DNA of 32,000 nucleotides from Kineococcus radiotolerans SRS30216 = ATCC BAA-149 (GTDB lineage: Bacteria; Actinomycetota; Actinomycetes; Actinomycetales; Kineococcaceae). Made by a program: the position numbers and the translations under genes. Numbering within the stretch: the first letter of the stretch is position 1; each line of letters opens with the position of its first letter. Below are positions 24,829 through 32,000 of the stretch, piece after piece. The stretch covers positions 2,940,001-2,972,000 of the forward strand of contig NC_009664.2 in assembly GCF_000017305.1 (NCBI RefSeq), in the 5' to 3' direction. Below the pieces are notes generated by a model, which saw only the letters and a list, made by a program, of their open reading frames with translations, searched no databases and was not told the origin of the DNA.

Positions 24829-26119
24829 GGCAGGCCCGGAGGAGGTCCAGGGCGTCCTGGCGGGGGTCCGGCGGGGCCGGGGCCTCCGCGCCCAGCTCCC
24901 CGCCCCAGACGGTGACGGACCCGGCGCCCTCCAGGTGCGGCAGCGCGTCGGCGGCGGTCCGGACCGTGCGCACCCCCAGGACCGGCCCCGGCGGCGGCCA
25001 GGCGCTGTGCCGGCCCACGGTCACCACGCCCGGCGGGGTCCACCACCCGCGCTCGGGCAGCCCGGCCGGCAGGGCGGTGGCCCCGTCGAGGACCTCGCGC
25101 GCGGCGCGGGCCAGGTGCGGGGTGGGGAGGGGGCCGACGGCGGTGGCCCGGTCGAGGGGGTGGCCGGTGCGCAGCTGCGCCACCACGGGCGCCACCCGCG
25201 CCACCAGGGCGTCCGCGACGGGACGGGCCACGACGACGCGGGACCCCCCGGGCCGCTCGTGGGCCCCGCCGGCCGCGGCGGCGACCAGGGACCTGGCCAC
25301 CGCCTCCAGGTCCGCCGCGGGCAGGACGACGTCCACGTGGGGGGCGTCGACCCGCTGCCGCAGCGGGGTCCCGGCGCGGGCGAGGGCGACGCCGACGCCG
25401 CGCAGGTCGTCGGGGGAGCCGTCGGCGCGGACGGCGACGAGCTCCTCGTGGTCCCACAGGCGCGCGTCGGCGGCGGCGTCGGCCCCGGGGGCCACCCGGA
25501 CGAGACCGGGCGGGAGGCCGGCGTCCTCGACGAGGCGGACGAGCTGCGCGGCGCCGGCGGCGGCGGCGGGACGTGCGCGCAGGACGACCCCGCACCCGGT
25601 GGCGAGGGCGGCGACGATCGCGGTGAGGGCGTCGGCGGTGCTGGTGCGCCACGTCGTGAGCAGGGCCACCACCCCGCCGCCGGGCCGGTGCGCGGCGCCG
25701 ACGGCTCCCAGCTTGTCGGCCCACCCGGCGGCGGAGAACGCCGCGGCGCGCGCGGCGGGGCCGTCGAGGGCGGAGCCCGCCGCGACGGGGCGCCCGGTGG
25801 TGAGGGCCGCGGTGACGGCGAGGGGCCGCAGGTGGTCGGCGAGGACGTCGGCGATGGTGAACAGGTACCGGGCGCGGTCCTCCGCGGACAGCCACGCCCA
25901 GTCGGCCCGGCTGCTCGCCGCGGTGGCGTCGACGACGACGCACAGCAGCTCGGGGGTGGTGTCCTCGACGCAGAGCAGGTGCTCCCCGGTGGTGGGGGCG
26001 TGCACGTCGAGCAGGGGGCCGGTGGGGATCGCGGTGCCGCGCGCCGCGTCGTCGGCGAGGACCACGGCGGGGACCTCGTCGAGCTCCTCGGGGGGAGCGG
26101 GGGGCGGGTCGTCGCTCAT
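24821..26119 (-). CDS. aldehyde-dehydrogenase-family protein with degenerate active site (probable pseudoenzyme)
   Basis: ATG 26119 with GGGAG seven nt upstream (alternative GTG 26158). Full ALDH scaffold (APTTGE, AAGWADKL, GLPPGLVRVAPG, GPLPTP). PWNFP is TWRTS, ELGGK is QRVDAP, the catalytic-Cys segment is GGAHERPGGSR, and EE-FGPV is PPPGPVL. Confidence 0.7.
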   Translation of the reverse strand: MSDDPPPAPPEELDEVPAVVLADDAARGTAIPTGPLLDVHAPTTGEHLLCVEDTTPELLCVVVDATAASSRADWAWLSAEDRARYLFTIADVLADHLRPLAVTAALTTGRPVAAGSALDGPAARAAAFSAAGWADKLGAVGAAHRPGGGVVALLTTWRTSTADALTAIVAALATGCGVVLRARPAAAAGAAQLVRLVEDAGLPPGLVRVAPGADAAADARLWDHEELVAVRADGSPDDLRGVGVALARAGTPLRQRVDAPHVDVVLPAADLEAVARSLVAAAAGGAHERPGGSRVVVARPVADALVARVAPVVAQLRTGHPLDRATAVGPLPTPHLARAAREVLDGATALPAGLPERGWWTPPGVVTVGRHSAWPPPGPVLGVRTVRTAADALPHLEGAGSVTVWGGELGAEAPAPPDPRQDALDLLRACRG

Positions 26120-26300
26120 CCGGGGGCTCCCGGGGGAGGGGAGGTGCGAGGTGGTCACGCGCAGCGGGGACTCCCGCGGGGCGCTCAGCTCCGCGACAGC
26201 ATCCGGTAGCGATGTGCTCACAGTCAGTGAGTCTACTGAGGTTCGTGTGCCCGGTGAGGGCCCTTCGGGCAGGAGATCTCCCGGCTGGCAGGCTGGGGCC

Positions 26301-27839
26301 GTGCACTCCCACGCGCCGTCCCCGCTGCCGCCCGACCCGATCAGCGCCGACGGCGACGACCGGGACTTCGCCTGGTACGCGGGCGACCACCACATCCACA
26401 CCACGTTCTCCCGCGACGCGATGTACTCCGTCGACGACCAGGTGCGCCGCGCCCGCGAGTGCGGGCTGGACTGGATGGTCATCACCGACCACGGCGGCCC
26501 CGACCACGCCAAGCAGTCGGTGGCGCTGCAGACCCCGCTCATCGCCGAGGCCCGCCGCCGCCACCCCGTCCTGGTCTTCCAGGGCATGGAATGGAACATC
26601 CCCGGCGCCGAGCACGCGACCTTCATCGCCCCCGAGCACGAGGACACCCCCGACCTGCTGCAGCGCTTCGAGCGCGCCTTCGACGGCGACGTCCTCGCCG
26701 CCCGGCAGAACCCCACCGGCCCCCGCCTCATCGAGCACTCCGTCCAGGGCGGGCCCGAGGCCGAGCAGCTCGGCCTGGACGCCCTGGCCTGGCTGGTGGA
26801 GGAGCTGCGGACGGGGACCGTCGGCGAGGCCCTGGTCCTCTCCAACCACCCCATGCGCACCGGCCGCGTCTCGCCCTCGAAGGTGCGCGGCTGGCGCGAC
26901 GCCGCCCCCGGGGTGTTCGTCGGCTGGGAGGGCGCCCCCGGCCACCAGGCCGCCGCGCTGCCCGCCCCCCTCGGGCGCGGGCGGGGCCGGGGGCAGTACG
27001 ACGAGTCCCCGGGGCCGTGGTCCTTCCCCGGCTACGACCTCGACCAGTACCGGACCTGGGGCGGTTTCGACGCCGCGACGGCCCGGATGGGCGGGTTGTG
27101 GGACGCGCTGCTGGCCGAGGGGCTGCCGTGGTGGATCACCGCGAACTCCGACAACCACTTCGACATCGGCGACACCGTCCGCGTCGGGAACCTCTCGAGG
27201 GAGCACTACCGCGAGCACGGGTCGCGCGGGGAACCCGTCGAGACCGGCGTCGTGCAGCACGGCTACGTCGACTTCGCCCCGGGGTTCTACTCGCGCACCT
27301 GCGTGGGGTCCCCCGCGCGGGACTACCGCTCGGTCATGGCCGCGCTGCGCTCCGGGCGGGTCTTCGTCGTGCACGGCGGGCTGGTGCGGGCGGTGGAGGG
27401 CCGGGTGCGCACCGGCCCCGGCCCCGGGGTGACGTTCGGGGCCCGCACCACCGTCGAGCGCGGCGGCGACGTGGAGGTGGAGCTGCGCGTCGACCCCGCG
27501 ACCGCACCCAACGGCAGCGGGCAGGTCCCGCGCTCCGCGCGCTGGGACGTCATCGTCGGCACCGTCACCGGCCGCGTCGCCGACACCGACCGCGACCTGT
27601 TCGAGGCCCCGGGCACCCGCGTCGTGGAGAGCTTCGAGGTCCCCGCCCGCGCGAGCGGGCGGCAGGTGTTCCGCACGACCCTGCGCGGGGTCGCGGACCC
27701 GCTCTACGTGCGCTTCCGCGGCAGCGACGGCCGGCACGCCGACGCCGACGGGCACCCGCGCGTGGACCGCATCGGCGACTCCGACCCGTGGGACGACCTG
27801 TGGTGCTACACCAACCCGGTGTTCGTCGACGTGCGCTGA
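26301..27839 (+). CDS. PHP-domain metallohydrolase (CehA/McbA-like) with an extra C-terminal domain
   Basis: GTG 26301 is where third-position G/C becomes near-uniform. PHP motifs GDHHIHTTFSRDA, WMVITDHGG, GMEWNIPGAEH, LSNHP and ITANSDNHF. About 170 residues at the C-terminus are unassigned. The track ORF 24912..27839 N-terminus is junk antisense to the ALDH-like genes. Confidence 0.75.
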   Translation: MHSHAPSPLPPDPISADGDDRDFAWYAGDHHIHTTFSRDAMYSVDDQVRRARECGLDWMVITDHGGPDHAKQSVALQTPLIAEARRRHPVLVFQGMEWNIPGAEHATFIAPEHEDTPDLLQRFERAFDGDVLAARQNPTGPRLIEHSVQGGPEAEQLGLDALAWLVEELRTGTVGEALVLSNHPMRTGRVSPSKVRGWRDAAPGVFVGWEGAPGHQAAALPAPLGRGRGRGQYDESPGPWSFPGYDLDQYRTWGGFDAATARMGGLWDALLAEGLPWWITANSDNHFDIGDTVRVGNLSREHYREHGSRGEPVETGVVQHGYVDFAPGFYSRTCVGSPARDYRSVMAALRSGRVFVVHGGLVRAVEGRVRTGPGPGVTFGARTTVERGGDVEVELRVDPATAPNGSGQVPRSARWDVIVGTVTGRVADTDRDLFEAPGTRVVESFEVPARASGRQVFRTTLRGVADPLYVRFRGSDGRHADADGHPRVDRIGDSDPWDDLWCYTNPVFVDVR

Positions 27840-28261
27840 CTCACCAGGGGACCTCCCCCTCGTCGTCGGAGAACGTCCCGGTGGGCCCCGTCGGGCAGGG
27901 TCGGGGTCCGGATCGCGGTGGCGGCGCCCTCCGTGGGGCTGCGCCCGACGAGACCGTGAAGTCCGTCGCGACCAGTCCGGGCAGGCCGGGTCCACCAGGA
28001 CCGGTGTCCCCACCAGCCGCCGGGCGTGCCGCGCGGCCACCGGCGCCGCGGCCCCGGCGGCGGACGCCCGCTGACCCCCCGCGGCCGGGTGGGAACCGCG
28101 GCGTCCCGCCCGCGGAAAACCCCCCGCGCGAGGCCGCGGACGCGGCTACGCTCCGACCCCGGCGGACCACGTGGACCCCCCCGGCGACGACCCCCGGGGA
28201 GGGGCCGCGGCGACCGCCGACCAGCCGCCGCACCCCGACCTCCCACCCCGAGGAACCGCCC

Positions 28262-28609
28262 GTGACCCGTCCCCGTCCCCTCGCCGGCCCCCTCCTGGCC
28301 GTCGCCACCCTCGTCCTCGTCCTCACCGCCTGCGGCGACCCCGTCGTGGGCACCGTCACGGCGAAGGAGCACGACGCCGCCGAGACCACGCACGGCACCC
28401 GCAAGGACTGCACCACCTCCACGTCGTCCACGGGCACGAGGACGACGAAGTGCAAGACCGTCCCCACCACGAAGCACGAGCCGGAGGAGTGGGAACTCAC
28501 CGTCGCCGAGGACGACGGCGACACCGTGGAGGTCGACGTCGACCAGGACGCGTACGACCGGATCGAGGTTGGCGACCGCTACGACGAGACCGCGGAGGCG
28601 TCCCGCTGA
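28262..28609 (+). CDS. small secreted lipoprotein, unknown function
   Basis: GTG 28262 in frame with track ORF 26459..28609; GAGGAA lies upstream. Signal VTRPRPLAGPLLAVATLVLVLTACGD has lipobox L-T-A-C. The mature part is Thr/Lys-rich then acidic, with two Cys. Confidence 0.6.
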   Translation: MTRPRPLAGPLLAVATLVLVLTACGDPVVGTVTAKEHDAAETTHGTRKDCTTSTSSTGTRTTKCKTVPTTKHEPEEWELTVAEDDGDTVEVDVDQDAYDRIEVGDRYDETAEASR

Positions 28610-28620
28610 CGCCGGGGACC

Positions 28621-28637
28621 GGGCCCGGCCCGGGCCC
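28621..28637. terminator. GC palindrome in a 30-nt convergent gap (candidate bidirectional terminator)
   Basis: GGGCCCGG-C-CCGGGCCC lies between the lipoprotein stop (28609) and the phospho-sugar mutase stop (28640). No U-tract. Confidence 0.3.
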
Positions 28638-28639
28638 GC

Positions 28640-30334
28640 TCAGCCGATCCCGACGGCCGCCCGCACGTCCCGGGTCACCGCGGCCAGGCGCTCGCGGGCC
28701 GCGGCCCGCGCCGCGGCGAGGTCGTCCCCGGCGCCGGCGACGACCTCGCAGTAGCTCTTGAGCTTGGGCTCGGTCCCGCTGGGCCGGACCACCACGCGGG
28801 TGCCGTCGGCGGTGCGCCAGCGCAGGCCGTCGGTGGGGGGCAGGCCGTCGACGCCGTCGGCGAGGTCCTCGACGGAGGTGACGGGCGAACCGCCCAGCTC
28901 CCGCGGGGGCTGCGAGCGCAGCCGGGACATCGCGGCCGGGATGAGCGACAGGTCCTCGACCCGGACCGTCACCGGGGCGGTCAGGTGGACGCCGTCGGCG
29001 CGGTCCAGGTCGTCCAGCACGTCGTGCAGGGTCCGGCCGGCGGCCAGCTCGCGGCGCACGATCCCCGCCACCAGCAGCGAGGCAGAGATCCCGTCCTTGT
29101 CCCGCACCACCTCCGGGGCGACGCAGTACCCGATGGCCTCCTCGTAGCCGAACGTCAGCTCCGGGACGCGCGCGATCCACTTGAACCCGGTGAGGGCGGT
29201 GGCGAACCGCGCGCCGTGGCGCGCCGCCACCGCGGCCAGGGCCTGCGAGCTCACCACCGAGCACGCCAGCACGGCCCCGGGGGCGGCCAGCTCCTCGCCG
29301 AGGACCCGCCCCAGGTCGTCCCCGCTCAGGGTCGTGAACCCCCCGGAGGCGGGGTCGGGGACGGCCACGCAGCAGCGGTCCGCGTCGGGGTCGACGGCGA
29401 GGACCACGTCGGCGCCGACCCGCTCCGCCAGGGCCACCGCGCGGTCCAGCGCGCCGGCCTCCTCCGGGTTCGGGAAGGGGACGGTGGGGAAGCCCGGGTC
29501 CGGGTCGGCCTGCTCGGCGACCACGTGGACGTCGTCGAACCCGCTGCGGCGCAGAGCCTCCAGCAGGACCGGCCCGCCGACGCCGTGCATCGGGGTGACG
29601 ACGACCCGCGGGTCGCGGCCCGGGGCGGGGCGCACGGCCCCGGTGACCGCGGCGAGGTAGTCCTCCACGACCTCCTCGCCCAGCACCGTCCAGCCGCCGG
29701 TGGCGCGCGGCAGGTCCCGCAACGGCCCCACGGCGGCGATGGCGGCGGCGATCCCCGCGTCGGCCGGGGGCACGATCTGCACCCCGCGCCCCTCCGGCCC
29801 GGCGGCCCGGCCCCCCAGGTAGACCTTGTAGCCGTTGTCCGCGGCCGGGTTGTGGCTGGCCGTCACCATGACCCCCGCGTCGGCCTCGAAGCGGCGCACG
29901 GCGAAGGCCAGCAGCGGCGTCGGCAGCGGGCGGGGCAGCAGCAGCACCTCGCACCCGGCCGCGGTCAGGACCGCGGCGGAGTCGTCGGCGAACGCCCGCG
30001 AGCCGTGCCGGGCGTCGAGCCCGACGACGACCCGGGGCCGCTCCAGCCGCCCGGTCAGCCACGCGCCCAGGCCCGCGGCGGCGCGCTGCACCACGGCCCG
30101 GTTCATCCGGTGCTCCCCGGCGGCGACCACGCCGCGCAACCCCGCGGTGCCGAACTCCAGCGGCCCGCTGAACCGGTCGGCGAGCTCGGCCCCGGCGGGG
30201 CCGTCCCCGGCCTGCGCGGCGCTCAGCAGCGCCGTCAGCTCGGCGCGGTCGCGGGGGTCGGGATCGTCCTCGATCCAGGTCCGGACGCGGTCGTGCAGGT
30301 CCTCGGGCGGGGTCGGCGACGGGGCGGTGCTCAT
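28640..30334 (-). CDS. phospho-sugar mutase (phosphoglucomutase / phosphomannomutase / phosphopentomutase family)
   Basis: Active-site loop TASHNPAADNGYKVY, Mg site VDPDADRC, and C-terminal RPSGTEPKLK. Confidence 0.9.
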   Translation of the reverse strand: MSTAPSPTPPEDLHDRVRTWIEDDPDPRDRAELTALLSAAQAGDGPAGAELADRFSGPLEFGTAGLRGVVAAGEHRMNRAVVQRAAAGLGAWLTGRLERPRVVVGLDARHGSRAFADDSAAVLTAAGCEVLLLPRPLPTPLLAFAVRRFEADAGVMVTASHNPAADNGYKVYLGGRAAGPEGRGVQIVPPADAGIAAAIAAVGPLRDLPRATGGWTVLGEEVVEDYLAAVTGAVRPAPGRDPRVVVTPMHGVGGPVLLEALRRSGFDDVHVVAEQADPDPGFPTVPFPNPEEAGALDRAVALAERVGADVVLAVDPDADRCCVAVPDPASGGFTTLSGDDLGRVLGEELAAPGAVLACSVVSSQALAAVAARHGARFATALTGFKWIARVPELTFGYEEAIGYCVAPEVVRDKDGISASLLVAGIVRRELAAGRTLHDVLDDLDRADGVHLTAPVTVRVEDLSLIPAAMSRLRSQPPRELGGSPVTSVEDLADGVDGLPPTDGLRWRTADGTRVVVRPSGTEPKLKSYCEVVAGAGDDLAAARAAARERLAAVTRDVRAAVGIG

Positions 30335-30372
30335 GCCCGGAGCCTACGAGGGGCGCGTGCGACGATGCTGCG

Positions 30373-31407
30373 GTGAGCACCCCCGTCGTCGTCCTCGCCG
30401 GGTTCCTCGGGGCGGGCAAGACCACGGTCCTCAACCAGCTGCTGCGCTCGGCCACCGACGTCCGCCTCGGGGTGGTCGTCAACGACTTCGGCGCCGTCGG
30501 CATCGACGCGCTGCTCGTCGCCGGCTGGGCCGACAGCGCGGTGTCGCTGGAGAACGGCTGCCTGTGCTGCTCCACCGACGACGGCAGCGTCGACGAGCTG
30601 CTGGCCCGCCTGACCGCCCCGCGCCGCGGGCCGGGGCTGGACGCGGTCGTCATCGAGGCCAGCGGCGTCGCCGACCCCGCCGCGATGGTGCGCCGGGTGC
30701 TGACCAGCTCGGTGCCGGGGGTGAGCTACGGCGGCCTCGTCGTCGTGGTCGACGCCGTCGAGTTCGCCGCCGCGCGCCGGCGCCACCCCGAGCTCGACGA
30801 CCACGTCGCGATGGCCGACGTCGTGCTGCTGACCAAGACCGACCTGGTGGGCCCGGAGGAGGCGGCCCGCACGGCGGCGGCGTGCCGGGAGCTCAACGCG
30901 TGGGCCCCGGTCGTGCCGGCGGCCCGGGGGCAGCTCGACGCGCGGCTGCTCTTCGAACCCCGCCCGCCCCGGCAGCGGCAGCTGGCGCTGGGGGAGGTGG
31001 TGGCCGGGCACCCCGACGGCCCCGACGGCCCCGACGGCCACGGCACCCACCTGCACGCCCTCTACGACACCCTCACCTTCCGCAGCGAGGACCCCCTCGA
31101 CCCGCGCCGCTTCGTGGAGTTCTTCCAGCGGCGCCCCTCCGGGGTGTTCCGCGTCAAGGGTTTCGTGCGCTTCGCCGTCCAGGGTTTCCCCCAGCGCTAC
31201 CTGCTGCACACCGTGGGCGCGGCGGTGCGCTTCGAGCGCGGGCCCTGGCCGCGCGGGGCGCCGCGCGTCACCGAACTCGTTCTCGTCGGGGCCGGCCTCG
31301 ACGCCGAGGGGTTGCGCACCGCCCTGCGAGCGTGCGTGCACGAGGGCCCGCCGCTGACCGACGAGATGGCGATGATGGGGGTCCTGCGCGACACCGAGGG
31401 CGCTTGA
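30373..31407 (+). CDS. COG0523 (CobW/YjiA/ZigA-like) G3E-family GTPase, putative metallochaperone
   Basis: Walker [10 protein letters not shown], CxCC motif (GCLCCS), and a His/Asp-rich linker [19 protein letters not shown] start. Confidence 0.88.
   Translation: MSTPVVVLAGFLGAGKTTVLNQLLRSATDVRLGVVVNDFGAVGIDALLVAGWADSAVSLENGCLCCSTDDGSVDELLARLTAPRRGPGLDAVVIEASGVADPAAMVRRVLTSSVPGVSYGGLVVVVDAVEFAAARRRHPELDDHVAMADVVLLTKTDLVGPEEAARTAAACRELNAWAPVVPAARGQLDARLLFEPRPPRQRQLALGEVVAGHPDGPDGPDGHGTHLHALYDTLTFRSEDPLDPRRFVEFFQRRPSGVFRVKGFVRFAVQGFPQRYLLHTVGAAVRFERGPWPRGAPRVTELVLVGAGLDAEGLRTALRACVHEGPPLTDEMAMMGVLRDTEGA
31012..31038 (+). repeat. perfect 9-bp tandem repeat x3 inside the COG0523 gene
   Basis: CCCGACGGC at 31012..31020, 31021..31029 and 31030..31038. 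It encodes the repeated DGP units of the linker sequence [12 protein letters not shown]. Confidence 0.8.
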
Positions 31408-31430
31408 ACGTCGCACCACCGCGGCGACGT
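31408..31430 (+). terminator. hairpin immediately after the COG0523 stop codon
   Basis: ACGTCGC (31408..31414) pairs with GCGACGT (31424..31430), with a 9-nt loop. No U-tract. Confidence 0.3.
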
Positions 31431-31541
31431 CGCCGCGCGGGCCCGTCCCGCGGTCCCGGGCCGGGTCGTGTCGGAGGGTGCTGCCACGCTGCCGGTGCGG
31501 GAGGGGGAACCGCCGAGGAGCCTGGCGGTCGCCCGGGGCAA

Positions 31542-31575
31542 CGGGAACTCCCGGTGGCGCCCCGATGAGTTCCCG
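31542..31575 (+). promoter_or_regulatory. 9-bp inverted repeat in the leader of the DrrA-like ABC gene (operator or RNA hairpin)
   Basis: CGGGAACTC (31542..31550) and GAGTTCCCG (31567..31575) with a 16-nt spacer, about 55 nt upstream of the candidate start at 31631. Confidence 0.25.
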
Positions 31576-31630
31576 AGGCCGCCGGGGTCGGAACGTCGGA
31601 GCAGGAACCGGACGGAAAGAGGTGGGCGCG

Positions 31631-32000
31631 GTGGCAGTGGTCTCTCCTAGGGTCGGGGACGTGGCAGCGAACGGGACGTCGGGCAGGCCAGCGGTCCAGG
31701 CGCGTGGGCTGGTGAAGCGGTACGGGGACGTCACGGCGGTCGCCGGCGTCGACATCGACGTGCCCGAGGGCACCGTCCTGGCCCTCCTGGGCCCCAACGG
31801 AGCGGGCAAGACGACGACGGTGCGGATGCTGACGACGCTGCTCGTCCCCGACGAGGGGACGGCGACGGTCGACGGGATCGACGTCGTCGCCGACCCGCAG
31901 GAGGTCCGGCGCCGCATCGGCCTCTCCGGGCAGTACGCGGCGGTCGACGAGAACCTCACCGGTTTCGAGAACCTCGACATGGTGGGCCGGCTGTACCACC
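31631..32000 (+). CDS. ABC transporter ATP-binding protein, DrrA-like (5' partial, runs off the window)
   Basis: Not in the ORF track because no stop falls in the window. The frame reads ...[47 protein letters not shown]...[18 protein letters not shown]. Candidate starts are GTG 31631 (AAGAGG at 31617..31622), 31637 and 31661. Confidence 0.8.
   Translation, partial: MAVVSPRVGDVAANGTSGRPAVQARGLVKRYGDVTAVAGVDIDVPEGTVLALLGPNGAGKTTTVRMLTTLLVPDEGTATVDGIDVVADPQEVRRRIGLSGQYAAVDENLTGFENLDMVGRLYH

Noticed and set aside
24184-26119. Reading the two ALDH-like ORFs as one frameshifted ALDH pseudogene.
   Set aside because: The second ORF does not continue the first. It restarts the ALDH fold from its N-terminal region (HRGRALL...WAGWADKL...). 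The first already reaches the ALDH C-terminal region. Both have normal codon usage and a coupled GTGGGTGA junction.
23859-28040. A 1393-aa minus-strand ORF, the longest in the window.
   Set aside because: The translation is Arg/Pro/Gly/Ala low-complexity with no motifs. It runs antisense to or out of frame with the motif-bearing MarR, ALDH-like and PHP genes. This is the typical long spurious ORF of a stop-codon-poor GC-rich genome.
30335-30372. A Zur box upstream of the COG0523 GTPase.
   Set aside because: The 38-nt divergent gap is GC-rich and lacks any AT-rich palindrome of the Zur/Fur type. Zinc regulation cannot be inferred from the sequence.
31468-31650. A 60-aa plus-strand ORF in the COG0523 to ABC gap.
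   Set aside because: It is basic and low-complexity, has no SD or motif, and overlaps the likely ABC start and its inverted repeat. Third-position G/C is only moderately enriched. The support is insufficient to call a gene.
28497-31980. Long ORFs 28497..30653 (minus), 28985..30376 (plus), 29835..31568 (plus) and 30331..31980 (minus).
   Set aside because: They are alternative frames or strands of the phospho-sugar mutase and COG0523 genes. They have low-complexity translations, whereas the called frames carry TASHNPAADNGYKVY and GAGKTT/CLCC motifs.

Overview
This is a very GC-rich, densely coding chromosomal window of Actinomycetota type. I call about 30 protein genes. I found no rRNA, tRNA, CRISPR array, transposase or integrase. 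Most long ORFs in the six-frame track are antisense or out-of-frame artefacts of the GC content; real frames were picked by protein motifs and by near-exclusive G/C at third codon positions.

Gene content, in order:
- A manC-like nucleotidyltransferase and an M20 amidohydrolase.
- A tightly coupled nucleoside uptake and salvage operon: BMP-family lipoprotein, two-domain ABC ATPase, two permeases, cdd and deoA. Four gene junctions are GTGA start/stop overlaps.
- An approximately 9 kb block between deoA and add: a GGDEF-EAL membrane sensor, a GNAT-like protein, a small membrane ORF plus a YidC-family paralog, a Tat-lipoprotein intradiol-dioxygenase-like protein, an MFS transporter, a LysR regulator, an EamA transporter and a PAT-like GNAT.
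- add, a WYL regulator divergent from a DinB/TIGR03086-like protein, rsgA, and an MDR oxidoreductase divergent from MarR.
- Two aldehyde-dehydrogenase-fold proteins lacking the catalytic motifs, divergent from a PHP-domain metallohydrolase.
- A small lipoprotein, a phosphohexomutase, a COG0523 GTPase, and the 5' end of a DrrA-like ABC ATPase.

Best lead: an unannotated ~98-codon membrane ORF (12875..13171). Its tail carries R-A-P-G six codons before the stop, and a perfect 10-bp hairpin straddles that stop. It sits directly upstream of the YidC paralog. This is the architecture of MifM/ApcA-type translation-arrest monitoring substrates.

Second lead: the catalytically degenerate ALDH-like pair with its divergent PHP gene.
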